A stretch of 64,000 nt of DNA from Octopus vulgaris (GCA_951406725.2 OX597836.1:6200001-6264000); one strand, 5' to 3'. Shown: positions 29,662 through 43,928, numbered from the stretch's first letter. Numbers and translations: made by a program. The notes: generated from the sequence alone by a model not told the origin.

Positions 29662-30550
29662 GAGGTGGTTAATCGAATGAAACCGGAATTTTGCAATGTT
29701 ATTTTATTCACTTAGTTTTGCATGTTTACACTTTTATCGCCTTCAAATTATTCGCCATTTGAAGCAAAGCATCGGTGCAGGCGAATCTTCCACTGTTGGA
29801 AGCAAGGCTGGAACTCTTGCGAAGTGATGCCTTTTTAACTTCTCCGTCGTTTTTCCCTTCACCTCTTCCCCATCTGCAAATTCCGTAGCACCACCTTTCG
29901 TCTCCAGCGATGACCCTCGAAGAAAAAAAGTCCAGATCAACTTACTTTTGTTCTCTTGACATGCGTTTAATCGTGACTGCTTTTGATCTTCCGTGTGCAA
30001 GAGAGGCACAAAATTTGCTGCAACTTGTGTCATTTGCTTTCCTAGCTCGAAATTCATTGGCAGGGGCTCCTGGACACACCAGTCATATCAACAATTGTTC
30101 ATCAATTGGTCGGTAACGGTCCTCCATGATCAGTTCATGAATTTTCATGATGTTTCCATTCGTTCGGGAAGTCGACGGTCGTCCTGAACAAGGTTGGTCT
30201 TCAAGCAACAACTGACCATTCGTAAAATGAGGAAAACGCTCGGAAACTTGCATTTTGCTTGTAATCTGTTTGAAACATGACAACTATTTCGGCTGCCGTT
30301 TTCATCAGCAGAAAACAGAATTTCACGGAGGTACCTGTTCCTTCGTTTCAGCCATCGCAAAAATCGATGAACAGTGGAGAAGCACTGCAAAACGAAGAGG
30401 CACCACGTGGCAGTAAGACTACATACGATGACGCTGGTCGACAAACTGATGCCTGAGGGACGCACCAAGTGGCTTCTAGCGGATGAAACCTGAACTACAA
30501 CGGGCTTGTCCCACGGACAACGTTTCTGGTTACTTTTGGGTACCCGACGC
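29659..30550 (-). mobile_element. Mariner transposon remnant
   Basis: Frameshifted transposase pieces EDQPCSGRPSTSRTNGNIMKIHELIMEDR and VAANFVPLLHTEDQKQSRL (WVPxxL-like). TACGAGG terminus at 29659. Confidence 0.85.
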
Positions 30551-30608
30551 GTTGCTGTTTTTTTCTTGTAGTCTTTTTTCTCCGTTTTTTTTAAAATTAA
30601 TTATCAAT

Positions 30609-30675
<67 letters not shown>

Positions 30676-31494
30676 ATCTTATAAACTTTCGAGAGAACGT
30701 GATATTTTTCTTTTTTTTTTTTTTGGTGGTGGGCAATTATGGTTTTCGAAATACATCACATACAACTAAAAGAATAGTATACAGTTATATTGGGTTGAAA
30801 CATTCTTCTGGTTAAAAAATGCCATGTCCCATTTGCTATGGGGAAGGGTTGAAAAACCATTTTCCAAAAGATTATACACACACACATATATATATATATA
30901 TGTGTATGTATGTATTATACACACACAACAGACTTCTTTCAGTTTCTGTCTACCAAATCCACTTACTAGGTTTTAGTCGGTCCGCGGCTACAGTAGAAGA
31001 AACTTGCCCAAGGTCCCAGGCGCTGAGACTCAACCTGGAACCATGTAGTAAGGAACCAAGCTTCTTACAACACAGCCACTCCTGCCCCCATACGAGGTGC
31101 TCGAATTTTGAAGTAACTAGAAATAACAGCTGGCAATATTTTATTGGAGAGAGAAAAAACTCTAGAGTTTGTTTTTCGTGCAATATCCGCTTCAGAGGGC
31201 GCTGGTGTCAAACGTTATACAGTGAAGTATTATTTATAAACTGCATTCGCATTTGATAAACTAACGTAAAAGTGATTCGCTTCTTGAGGCTTCTAAATTA
31301 CGGTAGGGTGGGTGGATGAATGGATGGATGGATGGCTGAATGGATTGACTGATTCATTGACTGATTGATTGACTGAGTGAGTGAGTGAGTGAGTGATTAA
31401 TTTTGAGAGGCGCATAGATAATGACAGATAAATATATACAAAGATATTGATATACCGATACACAGACAGGCAGAAGGTCTGCAATTCATGCGGG

Positions 31495-32090
31495 GAGATG
31501 TATAGTTAATAACACTGACCAAGTGCTCAGTTGGCATTTATTTAACCGACCCCGAAAGAATGAAAGGCAAAGTCGACCTCAGTGGAATTTGAACTCAGAA
31601 TGCAAAGAACAAAGAGAAATACCGCGAGGTTTTTTTATCCGGCGCGCTAACGATTCTGCCAGCTCACTGCCTCACAGATAGATATTAATCCTTTCTGCTA
31701 TAGGCACAGGACCCGAAATTTTGGGGGAGGAGGTAAGTCGATTACATTGACCCCAGTACTCAGCTGGTACTCGATTTATCAACCCCGAAAGGATGAAAGG
31801 CAAATTCGATCCTGGCGGAATTTGAACTCAGAACGTAGCGGCAGACGAAATACCTATTTCTTTACTACCCACAAGGGGCTAAACACAGAGGGGACAAAGA
31901 AGGACAGACATAGGTATTAAGTCGATTACATCGACCCCAGTGCGTAACTGGTACTTATTTAATCGACCCCGAAAGGATGAAAGGCAAAGTCGACATCGGC
32001 GAAGCTTGAACTCAGAACGTAGCGGCAGACGAAATACCGCTAAGAATTTCGCCCGGCGTGCTAACGTTTCTGCCAGCTCGCCACCTTACG
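31495..32090 (-). mobile_element. SINE family A monomer plus head-to-tail dimer
   Basis: Reverse-complement bodies, with a dimer junction gaaatacctatttc at 31847 and 184-nt period. Confidence 0.85.
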
Positions 32091-32423
32091 GATATATATT
32101 AATGCAAAAAAACAAATAGTACATAATGACAGGTGAGTGTTAGACTCATAAAATATTGATAGGCAAATAAGAAGACGATTGCGTTAGAGAGAGCGAGATA
32201 CTGAGAGCCAGAGAGTTAAATGATAGGCGAAATGATATCGATAGACAGGTATTGTTAGATAGACAATGATAGATAGCTATTGACAGATATTGATAGAAAA
32301 GCTTATGATTGACACTGATAAATATTGATAGACAGACATATAGACAGATATCGATAGAGAGTTAGACAAGCAGATAGATATTCATAGAAAAATAACAGAC
32401 AGATCGATACGTACAGACACACA

Positions 32424-32465
<42 letters not shown>

Positions 32466-32544
32466 CATACATATATATATATACATACATAAACATACAT
32501 ATATAACCCTAGACCGACAAATACATTGCGTGCGAATTTTTTCC

Positions 32545-32586
32545 ACAGAAACTGTCCGGAAGCCCGTTGTATAATGCATATATTCT

Positions 32587-32622
<36 letters not shown>

Positions 32623-32623
32623 T

Positions 32624-32691
<68 letters not shown>

Positions 32692-33018
32692 TTGTGTTAA
32701 TTTGACAACCTGTGTTGGTGTATTTACGCTCCCGTAACGTAGCGGTTCGGTTTAAGTCATCGATAGAATAAGTTCCAGGCTTTAAAAAAAATTAAATAAG
32801 TACTAGAGAGAGTTCATTCTTGTATTCTCTTACCGGTTTCAGTCATTTGACTGTAGCCATACTGGAGCACCGCCTTTAGTCGAACAAATCGACCCCAGGA
32901 CTTATTCTATCGGTCTGTTTTTCCGAACCGCTAAATTACGCGGACGTAAAAACATCATCATTGGTTGTCAAGCGATAGCGGAGGATCAAACACAGACACA
33001 CAAATGCACACACATATT

Positions 33019-33062
<44 letters not shown>

Positions 33063-33225
33063 GACGGGCGCCTTTCAGTTTCCGTCTACCAAATCCACTC
33101 ACAAGGCTTTGGTCGGCCCGTGGCTATAGTAGAAAAGACGCATGCGCAAGGTGCCACGCAGTGGGACTGAACCCGAAACCATGTGGTTGGGAAGCAAGGA
33201 CTTATAACACAGCCACTCCTGCGCC
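32545..33225. mobile_element. SINE family B copies, tail to tail
   Basis: Plus-strand 3' part at about 32545-32800, full minus-strand copy at about 32820-33225. Confidence 0.8.
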
Positions 33226-33347
33226 TATATTCGACTAAACATTCTTCAAAGAGGTGCGAAGTCACTGTCAACAAAGTTAATAAAATATAACTATTAAATA
33301 TATAAAGACTGTGTAAGGGTTTTTTTGTGTCTCTGCCTCTGTGTGTA

Positions 33348-33387
<40 letters not shown>

Positions 33388-33531
33388 ATGGTCATAGCAA
33401 TGTGAAATCTCAAGTACTTATCTGTCTCGTATCTGTGTGTGTGTGTGTGTATATATATATATACGTACGTACATACCTAAATGCATACCAATACGTATGT
33501 AAGCGTATTATAGACAGACAGACAGAGAAAG

Positions 33532-33617
<86 letters not shown>

Positions 33618-33799
33618 TTGGATGGATGGATGGATGGATAGAGCACACACGCATACAGGCACTCGCACGCAAACATACATACATACACACATACATATAC
33701 ACACACATACACACACATTTACACAGCGCGTTTATTTATGGCAATGTCGCTAAGTTTAAGCAATCAGCTGTGCCTATCCATCCGTTTATACACACATAT

Positions 33800-33836
<37 letters not shown>

Positions 33837-33956
33837 ACTTTGTTATACTATATATTTGGCGTATATATTTTATTAAGCTTATAGGTAGATCTAGGGGCCG
33901 GATTCAGAGAGGAACCAATATGCATTGCTGCTCTGCTCATGCAACAGCCATCCCCT

Positions 33957-33998
<42 letters not shown>

Positions 33999-34857
33999 TT
34001 TAATATATTGGCGATGTGTGCGAATGCGTGTGTGCGTGTGTACGTGTGTGCGTGCGTGTGTGTAAGACACAGGTTTAGTGTTAAAACTAAAAAGCTGATA
34101 GTGACGTCATTGTCACAAGACAACTTTACGTTATGTCATCTTTTACAGGTAGTTAATATTTGTGTTGGTGCCAGCTGTTTTTCTCTTGTGCCGCTTATTC
34201 GGTCGATGGCGACTATGTACCCGCTATACACCCGTCGCACACACACACATACGAACACACATAAGACACATAGACACATAGACGTGTTTTAAACATTGTT
34301 GTATACTCGTATAGACTTACACGTATGACAGTTAATCATGTATACACGAATACGATATACGAGATACGGTATTTACACGTTAATAGATAAACACACGTTA
34401 TTATAAGACAGATGTAAACTCGTAGGTACATATGGAGTGAACATACATTTACATTATATATTTACAGTTTAACCATACGGGTACACTTACACACACACAC
34501 GTATATATATATTTATATTTATATATATATATATATATATATGATAAACAGTCAGAAGATAGCATAAGAGAGAAAGAGAGACTTAACTGTGAACGTAGAT
34601 ATATATATATATATATATATAATATATAGCAACGTATCCAAAAATAATTTTGCTAATTCTTCTCTTTCCTTCTTTCTCTCTCTTTATCTCTCTCGCTCTT
34701 TCTCTTCTTTATCTATAATTTTGTGGTTTATTGAAATAAGACTTCGAAGTCACCGTCAACAAAATTATAATAAATATTATATCCTACATATATATTAAAT
34801 CTTTTGCTCTCTGACTTCGTTTTATAAAAAGAGATAGAAAGAGAGGCAGGTACATAC

Positions 34858-34898
<41 letters not shown>

Positions 34899-34907
34899 AA
34901 GGGAAAG

Positions 34908-34967
<60 letters not shown>

Positions 34968-34973
34968 TGCTTG

Positions 34974-35004
<31 letters not shown>

Positions 35005-35799
35005 GATAACACACACACACAAACACATACATACGCGCACATATATGTATATGTAGGTATATACGTATTTATAAATATATTTATGTGTGTGTGCGCGTTA
35101 AATACATGTTCACGTGTGTACGCGTACGCATGGAAGAATTTTATAATTCATGCGATTATGTGTGCGTGTGTGTGTGTGCGTGCGCACTTGTTTACGGTTA
35201 TATATATGAGTGTGCGTGTGTGTTTGCGCGCGCACGCGAGTGTGTGTGTGGTTCTATGTGTGTATGTATGTGTTAATGTGATTCGTGATGTGTTGAAAAA
35301 TGTGTTAGTTCCTTGTAATGTTGTGTGTTCGTGTTCGCGTTGTAGTGTTTTTCAGAGTTGTTGTGGCTGTTTCTGTTGTCCAGCGTTGTTTTGACATAAG
35401 CCCATCTTAATTGAGCAGCCCTATCATCAAAGTTGTTCCATCCGTGGCCAATCCATAAACGAGGATTACATTATCCAGTATTTCCTTCCGTATTCTTTCT
35501 GGCTTAAACCGTTCCGTGATTGGAGGTTGAACTGGCTGCTATTTCTAACAGTTGTTACTACGCAGAAGTGGTTCTCTCGGTGGATAAGGAGTAGTATCGT
35601 CTTTGTTTTTTTGGTTTTGTTTGCTTAACCTTCCGCCAGCATGTCCAAGAGACCTGTGATCAAAGTCAATCCGTCCATGACTATCCCGTTTTTTCAGAGG
35701 TATGTAAGATTATATTTCCAATGTGTAAAAAACCATTTGTGAACATGAGGGAGATTTGACCGTTTCTTTTAGCTAGTCAATGACGCATTGAAACTCTTC

Positions 35800-36460
35800 T
35801 GTGTTGAGTGACAGAACTGAGTGAAAGTGCCGAGTGAAGGTGCTGAGTGAAAGTTTTGAGTGAAGGTGTCGAGTGAAAGTTTTGAGTGAGAGAGAATATA
35901 TAGTGAATGAGTTTATCGAGTGAGTGAGAGTGCTGAGTGAGAGTGTCGAGTGACACTGCGAATGACTGAGTGTCGAGTGTGAGGTGAGTGTTGAGTGAGA
36001 AGTGAGTGCTGAGTGAATGAAAGTAATTAGTGAGTGAGAATACCGAATGTAGATTGAGTGAATGTCTCGAGTGAGAATGTCGAGTGTGAGTGAGAGTGCT
36101 AAAAGAGAGTGTCGAGTGAGAGTGTCGGGTGAGCGAAAAAATCGAGTGAAACTTTTGAGTAAGTGATAATGCTCAGTGAGGGAGTATCGACTGAGTGAAC
36201 GTGTCGAGTGAATCTATTTTGTGAATCCATTGAGTATATGCACTGTCTACGTAAGTTGAGTGTTGAGTACATGTGTTGAGTATGCATCTTGAGTGTGTGT
36301 GTGTGTCTAAAGTATGTACGTATTGAGTCCTTGCTGCGTTGAGTGTATATGCGTGTTGAAAGTGTAAGATTGTACAGAGCGTTGAGTGTATCTGTTGAGT
36401 GTTGAGTGTATTTTCTGAGTGCTGAGTTTATGCTTTGAGTGTGGGTGCTTGAGCTGAGTG
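35800..36460. repeat. Degenerate GAGTG-based minisatellite
   Basis: Recurring (t/c)gagtga(a/g)ag units of roughly 13 nt. Confidence 0.85.
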
Positions 36461-36689
36461 TTCAGTTTTTGGGTCTCTATGTGTTGTTATTGTTTAGCTT
36501 CAGGTCAATTCTGAAAGGGCAGGCCTACGATCAAAGGCTTTCCAGTTATGACCATCTCACTAAGAGTATTTATGACTACCATTCTCTGATGTGTCCTTCC
36601 CCTGATTTAGCTGTTATTTCTAGCAGGTGAGATAAAAGCACGCGTTGATTAAGTGAGAGCGAAGAGTTATCAGTAGTGGTTTTAGAAAG

Positions 36690-36756
<67 letters not shown>

Positions 36757-36809
36757 TGTGTGTACGTGTGTGTACGTGTGTGTACGTGTGTGTGTACGTG
36801 TGTGCGCCG

Positions 36810-37250
36810 GTACGCGAGCTGGCTTAATCGTTCGCGCGCCAGTCAAAATACTTAACGGTATTTCTTTCGTCTGTATGTTCCGAGTTCAAATTCCGCTGAG
36901 GTCGACTTTTCCTTTCATTCCCCCTAAGAGGATCGATAAGATAAGTACCAGTTGAACACTGCGGTGGATGTAATTCATTTACCCACTACCCAGCAAATTT
37001 CAGGCCTTGTGCTAAAATTTGAAACCATTATTATTACGGCGGTGAGCTGGCAGAAACGTTAGCACGCCGGGCGACATACTTAGCGGTATTTCGTCCGTCT
37101 TTACGTTCTGAGTTCAAATTCCACCAGGTCGACTTTGCCTTTCATCCTTTCGGGGATCGATATAATTAGTACCAGTTACGTACAGGGGTCAATGTAATCG
37201 ACTTAATGCCCCCCCCCCAATATTTGAGACCTTGTGCTTCCAGTAGAAAG
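36810..37250 (+). mobile_element. Two tandem SINE family A copies
   Basis: Bodies at about 36810-37030 and 37037-37250. Confidence 0.85.
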
Positions 37251-37425
37251 GATTATTATTATTATTATTATTAATATTATCATTATTATTATTATTACTA
37301 TCGTTTCTTTGTCAAATCCCTTTTTGTCACACAAAGCCCTTTCGTTCTTGTGACCCCTTCAACGGCTCTTTGTCCCACCTACGTGTGCCTTGTTCTGCTC
37401 AGTCCATTTATCCTTTTCTCCCTCC

Positions 37426-37479
<54 letters not shown>

Positions 37480-38736
37480 TACCGTGATATCGTGGATCAG
37501 TGATAAATGAATCCGCGGTAAGCTAGGATAGATGTACTAAACGTTTAAGTTCTGTAACAAACAAACTAATTAATCAAATTCGATATGCTGGTCACTTGTA
37601 ATAAAGAATGTATTTTTGAACAACCAGTGCGATAACTAATTAAATATGCAAATTAGCTACTTAAGTATTCAAATCTAAAATATGCAAATTAAGTACATTT
37701 TTTTTTTTTTTGTTGGTAGATTACATTATTTGATAAACCTATTATATGCTTCGTTCAGTGTCTTAGTGTTTGAGGTATTCGGTTCCCGACCTTAAGGTTA
37801 CGAGTTCGATTTTCGGTCGTGCCTTGCGTCTGGCAAAAATGAGTAGTACCTCTAATTCAAAGAGCGAGCCTTGTCATATCCTGTATCACACTTAAATGTA
37901 CGCGTTTCTACGGAGAACTCAGCCACTTGCACGTTAAATATCAAGAGCAAGCTGTTCGGTTGATTGTATCACATCACCTGCAACCCTCGTCGTCGCGACC
38001 GACGGAATGCCAGGTGTTTTACCACCTTTGAACAAAATCAATATTGTTCAGGTCAAAATTAACCTTCGGCTCCAATACGATACACACAATTAGTTATGCA
38101 CAGAAGCTTTAGCAGGTCATAATATCCACGTGTGTAACTTTCGTGAGACAGAAAATCCGAGTCCACCAGTAATGATCCTGGATATTTGGATTCAAAATAA
38201 AGGGCCAGTTTTTCTTGTTTATCAAATCGGTTGGTTGTGTGGTGAAGAAGATCACTTTACAGCCATATGGTCTCGGGTTCAATTCCACTGCATGTCACTT
38301 TGGACGAGTGCCTTCTACAATAGCCTTGAGCCGACCAAAAGCCTTTTGAGTGGATTTTTAGACAGAAATTGATAGTAGCACTCATGTATATATATATATA
38401 TATATATACATACTTGGAACTGGATGCGTGGCGTTCAATCATATAATAATATAAAAATTACATAAATATATGCATACATACACATATTCGTATATACATG
38501 CATATATGGGAACAGGACACCACGGAACATAAATAATATACAATAAACATAAAATACGAAAACAACATGAAATACGAAATACGACAACACGGAATGCGAA
38601 CATTTTTTCTGCGAACAACGAAAGAAACAAACGGAAAACAAGACAGGCAACACGAAAAACAGTTTAAAGAATTAAAGAATTACATCATTGAAATATCAAA
38701 AGTATAAGATAATGCTTGGTTAATTCAAAACGAAAG

Positions 38737-39058
38737 TAACAAGAGCACTCAGAGAGCGCAAACCTCCGCCAAGGCAACACCAATGTCCTCTCAACGATTA
38801 GTCAGAGATGATTTCTAAAATGAGAATATCTGAAATAAACTCTACTGCTTTCACAAACGAAAATGCTAAAAATGAAACCGATCACTCATAAAAATTGAGT
38901 TAGAAAAAAAAAAAGAATCCAGAATCTTTACCTGGTATCGGATCGATCCCATAATCTAATCAGTTCGTGCCAGTCACTACGCCAAACATCCTTGAAAGTT
39001 TCATCCGAATCCATTCTGTGGTTCTTGAGATATCTTGTCTACGGACAAACAAACAAAG
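38737..39058. mobile_element. Probable non-autonomous Helentron (HINE/DINE-1-like) fragment
   Basis: Hallmark-like motifs aacaagagc...acctccgccaagg and aagtttcatccgaatcc...gagatatc...ggacaaacaaacaaa. Confidence 0.45.
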
Positions 39059-39112
39059 ACTAGCAGATAAAGAAACCGTCAATCTAGCATTTGGCATAAC
39101 TTATATAGTACC

Positions 39113-39456
39113 ATGGCTCGGTGGTTAGAGTGTCAAGCTCACAATCATGAGGTAGTGAGTTCGATTCTAAGACCGAGCTGCGAGTTGTGTTCTTGAGCAA
39201 GACACTTTATTTCATGTTGCTCCAGTTCGTTCAGCTGTAGAAATGAATAGTGACGTCACTGGTGCCAAGCTGTATCAGCATTTGCCTTTCCCTTGAATAG
39301 CATCGGTGGTGTGGAGAGAGGAGGCTGGTATGCTGTTCTTCCATAAACAACCTTCCCTGGACTTGTATCTCGGGGACGTGAGGAGGGGGGAATCTTCTAG
39401 GTGCAATCTCATGGTCATTCATGATCGAAGGGAGTCTTTACCCTTTTATCCTTTTT
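39113..39456 (+). mobile_element. SINE family C copy with a 12-bp target-site duplication
   Basis: tRNA-like A/B boxes (tggctcggtggttagag ... gagttcgattc) and tgtgttcttgagcaagacact. TTATATAGTACC occurs at both 39101-39112 and 39457-39468. Confidence 0.85.
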
Positions 39457-40423
39457 TTATATAGTACCTTAATAAATAGGGACAATTTAGCTGTTTCTCC
39501 GTTGACTGAAAATAAAGGTTGAACTATCTTAATTTTCGGATCTTATTGTCCTCTCATCAGAGGTTTCATATCAATTCAACCAATCTCAGAGAAACAAGAA
39601 ACCAATTCTTTTATATACTCGACAATTACGATAACTACGCAAAACTGGGGCCACTAACTGGCACGCTGTAAGTGTTAACACTTTATTTAATAACAGGGGC
39701 CAATATATATAATAGGAATCTCATATAATAAGAGTCTCAGTTCACACAGTACCAAAGTATGATATATAACTTTTATAGTACTTTTATACAAACTCCTACA
39801 AAGCAAAACGGCCACTTCATCAATGCGTCATATCAGACACGATGATGGTTTTGGCGGTGTTAAGGACAAGCAATTGTTTGATGTAGATTGTTTTTGTATT
39901 ATCGTGTGGTTTTTTTCTTTTTTGGTTTCCTTTTCCTTTTTTCTTTTATTTTTCTTTGTATTATACCGAAAACCACCAATCCGAAAAGAACATTTGAACT
40001 TCCACACACGGTGATGAAAAAAAAAGTGAATTGTCATTTTTATAGACCTGATTAAAGCTAATTTGTAGAATTATCTGGTCTAATGACTGGAGTCGGTCGG
40101 AATAATTGGATTGGAAATTTACCTCCATTTCTCTCTCCCTCTCTTCAAATATATATTATTTATATATGTATATATATTATTTATGTATTCTTTATATATA
40201 TAATTCGTTCAACCGGAACCAAACTGTCTAAAACTATAAGTTTCAGGTGACCTAATTGAATTACTTATACAATATGTCCTATATTGAGCACATCTGTTTC
40301 CAGTTCATTACCATTAACACACACACACACACATTATATATCAAAGCCGATAACGTCATTAGAGAGTTGCTTGCGTTTCGTCTGTAACAAACAGAAAGAC
40401 GAAACATATTCGATAGATTGAAA

Positions 40424-40482
<59 letters not shown>

Positions 40483-40684
40483 AAGAAGTAGCGTATAAGT
40501 CAAGCATGCGTGTTGAAACACACTTCACATACACACACGCGCGACACGGGTATAAAGATTATCAGAAACAAACAAGCTCCCCATTAGAAAGAGAGAGAGA
40601 GAGAGAGATAGCGAATGAGAGTAAGAGAGAGAAAGAGAAAGTGAGTGAGTGAGTGAGAGAGAGAGAAATATGGACACAGAATGA

Positions 40685-41830
40685 TAATGTGTTACGTAGT
40701 TACTCACACAAAATGCGTTCACGCTTTGATAAGTGTTGCGGTGACAAAACGAAACACAACGATAAAATGTGTTACACAGGCAAACACACACACACACAGA
40801 CAATGAGACTATGTTACACAAATAACAACACTGATACACGCGTAAGGAACGGGGGTAGAGAGAGAGAGAGACAAATACGCGCAATAATAACATGTTGCGT
40901 CAACACACGCACCGTGTAATGTGTTCACAGAGAAAGACTCGCAACGTTAACATATGAACACACACACACACTTTCTCTTACACACACACGCACACAGCTT
41001 TGATAAAAATGTGTTACACACACGTATTTGATATGTACGTGACTATGAATCAAACACACACACACACACACAAGCAAACCTTGAAATGTTACACAGCCTA
41101 ACACATTACGATAACATGTTGCATGACCACACACTTAAACACCCTTTCGTGAAGTATGTTATACAAACACACACGTGATAATGTGTACATAGTGATAATG
41201 TGTATATAGTGATAAAACACACACACACACACACACACGGACACAAGTATACCATTTTAAAATGTGTTACACAGACAAACACAAACAGTGATATGTTACA
41301 TGGAAACACATGTACACACTTTGATAACGTGTGTTGCATAATCATACATATGTGATAACTTGTACACGGTTATTACACACACACACACACACACACATAC
41401 CATTATAGAATGTGTTACACAGCCAACAGCACACACAAACATATACACGCCCACACACACACACACACAAGCACAACTCTATAGGGTGTGTTACACAGCC
41501 AATCTCATACACAAGCGCATTGTTATGGAATGTGTTACAGTCAACTACACAAACACACACACACACACACACAAGCAAACTATTATAAAACGTGTTAGAC
41601 AGCTACACACACACACAAACACTATTAAAGAATGTGTTACAGAGCCAATAACACACACACACACACGCAAACTATTATAGAATGTGTTACACAGTCAGGC
41701 ATAAACACACCAGGATAGAATGTGTTACCCACCAAACACACACACACAAATATACGCGCGAAGAAACACACCATTTAAGAATATGTTGCACAAACAATCA
41801 CATCACACAGAGCCAACACGCGTTTCGCAC
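40685..41830. repeat. Compound minisatellite with an AATGTGTTACAC core alternating with (CA)n
   Basis: Core recurs more than 15 times at about 45-60 nt spacing. Confidence 0.85.
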
Positions 41831-42174
41831 ACAAAAACACACACCGGATGAGGCGACTGCGTTACGGGGTATAAAGCACAGCATGGATAGAATGTACAAC
41901 AAAAACAAAAAGAAACACAAAACAGCAATTACAACGACAACAACAACACATCAGCATCAAAAACTGACCACTTAACTATTTTGCGTAACTCTGATTCCTC
42001 ATCACAAATCTAGAAAGAAAAGAGAGAAGAGAATGTAACGGCGATCCAACACAGCGCTGTGTTTGCACCGTTATAAGAGAGAGAGAACGGTTCCATGTGG
42101 CCGCTCAGCAAGTGAAAAAAATAGCAGCCAAACCTCACTCAAATTGTACCGCACCATCTTGATAAAGGGACGGT

Positions 42175-42412
42175 AAGGCGACGAGCTGGCAGAAACGTTA
42201 GCACGCCGGGCGAAATTCTTAGCGGTATTTCGTCTGTCGTTACGTTCCGAGTTCAAATTCCGCCGAGGTCGACTTTGCCTTTCATCCTTTCGGGGTCGAT
42301 AAATTAAGTACCAGTTACGCACTGGGGTCGGTGTAATCGACTTAATACCTATGTCTGTCCTTGTTTGTCCCCTCTGTGTTTGGCCCCTTGTGGGTAATAA
42401 AGAAATAGGTAT
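42175..42412 (+). mobile_element. SINE family A, full-length copy (tRNA-like head, structured body, LINE-like tail)
   Basis: ggcgacgagctggcagaaacgttagcacgccggg...gagttcaaattccgccgaggtcgactttgcctttcatcctttcggggtcgat...taataaagaaatagg. More than 25 related copies occur in the window. Confidence 0.9.
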
Positions 42413-42868
42413 ATTAGTCTATGTAATTCTAGATGTGACAACTCGATGAGGTGTTTGGTCATGGTTGAAATACTTTCCAGCAAAGTTTTGCCGTATTTGG
42501 GTTCACCTTGGGTTAAACAACAAAACAGATAACATATGATAGCAATCCGTTAAGAGGGAACCTCTATGTGGTTGTTCCATCTGCTAGAATTAGCTGCTAA
42601 ATCTCCCTCAAATTGTAGCCTGCCGCTTTTGAACATTAAGTGATACATTGGTTAATGTAATCACAGAGACGCAGGCACATTATATATATGAACTTATTTC
42701 AGTCATTAGACAGCGACCATGCTGGGGCAATATGACGATAGCTGATGAATATTTAGCGACTTTCTATATGTGTCCTTCCCGTTTATTCTGTTTGTACTTC
42801 AATATGATTTTTGTACATACACACACACAAGCATACATATACATACACACACACACACAAGCATACAT

Positions 42869-42901
<33 letters not shown>

Positions 42902-43289
42902 AGCATACATATACATACATACACACACACTGGTACGCCGCACGCAACACGCAAGAGAAAAAAAAACAGCGATAGATGGTCAAGGCTGGAACGCCGATGA
43001 CCATAAAGACATGTTCCGTAAGTAGCTGACACAGAGTTAACCAACAACAACAACAACAACAACAATTACGATAACAACAGCAGCAATTAAAAAATAATAA
43101 TAATAAAACAATATATATAATAAAAAACAAAAACACAAAAGCACAGCCCGTATGTTTGTGTTTAAAGATAACAGCAAGCAGCAAACAAACTCTGCTTGTA
43201 AATGTGTGAAGCAAAAACAAGTATGGCCATTTTTTTCCTTCATTTTCCTTCTCTTATTCCGCTGTTTTTCTTTTTCTTTTTCCCCACAG

Positions 43290-43367
43290 ATTATTATGAG
43301 AGACAGCGTGTTGTAGTTGCATATGAGGTCGCTAAAATGGCGGCTAAACGCCAGGCACGTGACTGAC
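43290..43367 (+). CDS. Candidate small exon of an unidentified gene, or alternatively a promoter motif cluster
   Basis: Strong acceptor ctgtttttctttttctttttccccacag and donor gtaagt. Only one frame is open, xYYERQRVVVAYEVAKMAAKRQARD*, with the stop 1 nt before the donor. The same bases contain YY1, E-box and CRE-half motifs. Confidence 0.35.
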
Positions 43368-43928
43368 GTAAGTGTCAGCGCAAGGTGCCAGCCTGCTCTG
43401 GTGGACTTGTGTTGTGTGTTGTTGGAGAGAAAGAAACTGTAGTAGTAGTAATAGTAGTAGTAGTAGCAGTCGTAGGTCTTGGAGTCTTCACAGATTTCAC
43501 CACGTAACCTGTAGCACTGTGAGCGAGCGAGAGAGAGAGCGATAGGGACAGACAGACAAAGAGCGAGAGAGAGAGAGAGGAGGAGGCAGTGAGTGATAGA
43601 GCAGGTAAGAGGGCAAGAGAAGTGAAAGAGAGAAAGATATATATATATATATATATATAGAATGCTTAATGCGATGAGAAAGAGAAAATAAGCAACTATT
43701 GAGTTTAGTAATATATACACAAGGGGAGATGGAGATGTGCAGTGTGGAATAGATTAATGTGGACAGAAAGAGGCACTGAATATATAGTGAGGAGGAGGGA
43801 AGAAGGGAGAGAGGGTGGGAGAGAGAGAGAGAGAGAAAGGGGAAGAGATGGGGAGGGTGGTTGTGGGACAGAGAGAGCGTGTGAGTTGTGATGGAAAAGT
43901 GTGAACGAGAGACGGAAAGAAGGAAGGA

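Noticed and set aside
31189-31204. CTCF-like CAGAGGGCGCTG
   Set aside because: Incomplete 5' half, and it follows a TACGAGG mariner-type end at 31091, so it is probably transposon-derived.
39148-39160. let-7-like TGAGGTAGT
   Set aside because: Only the seed matches, it lies within a SINE tRNA-like head, and there is no hairpin.
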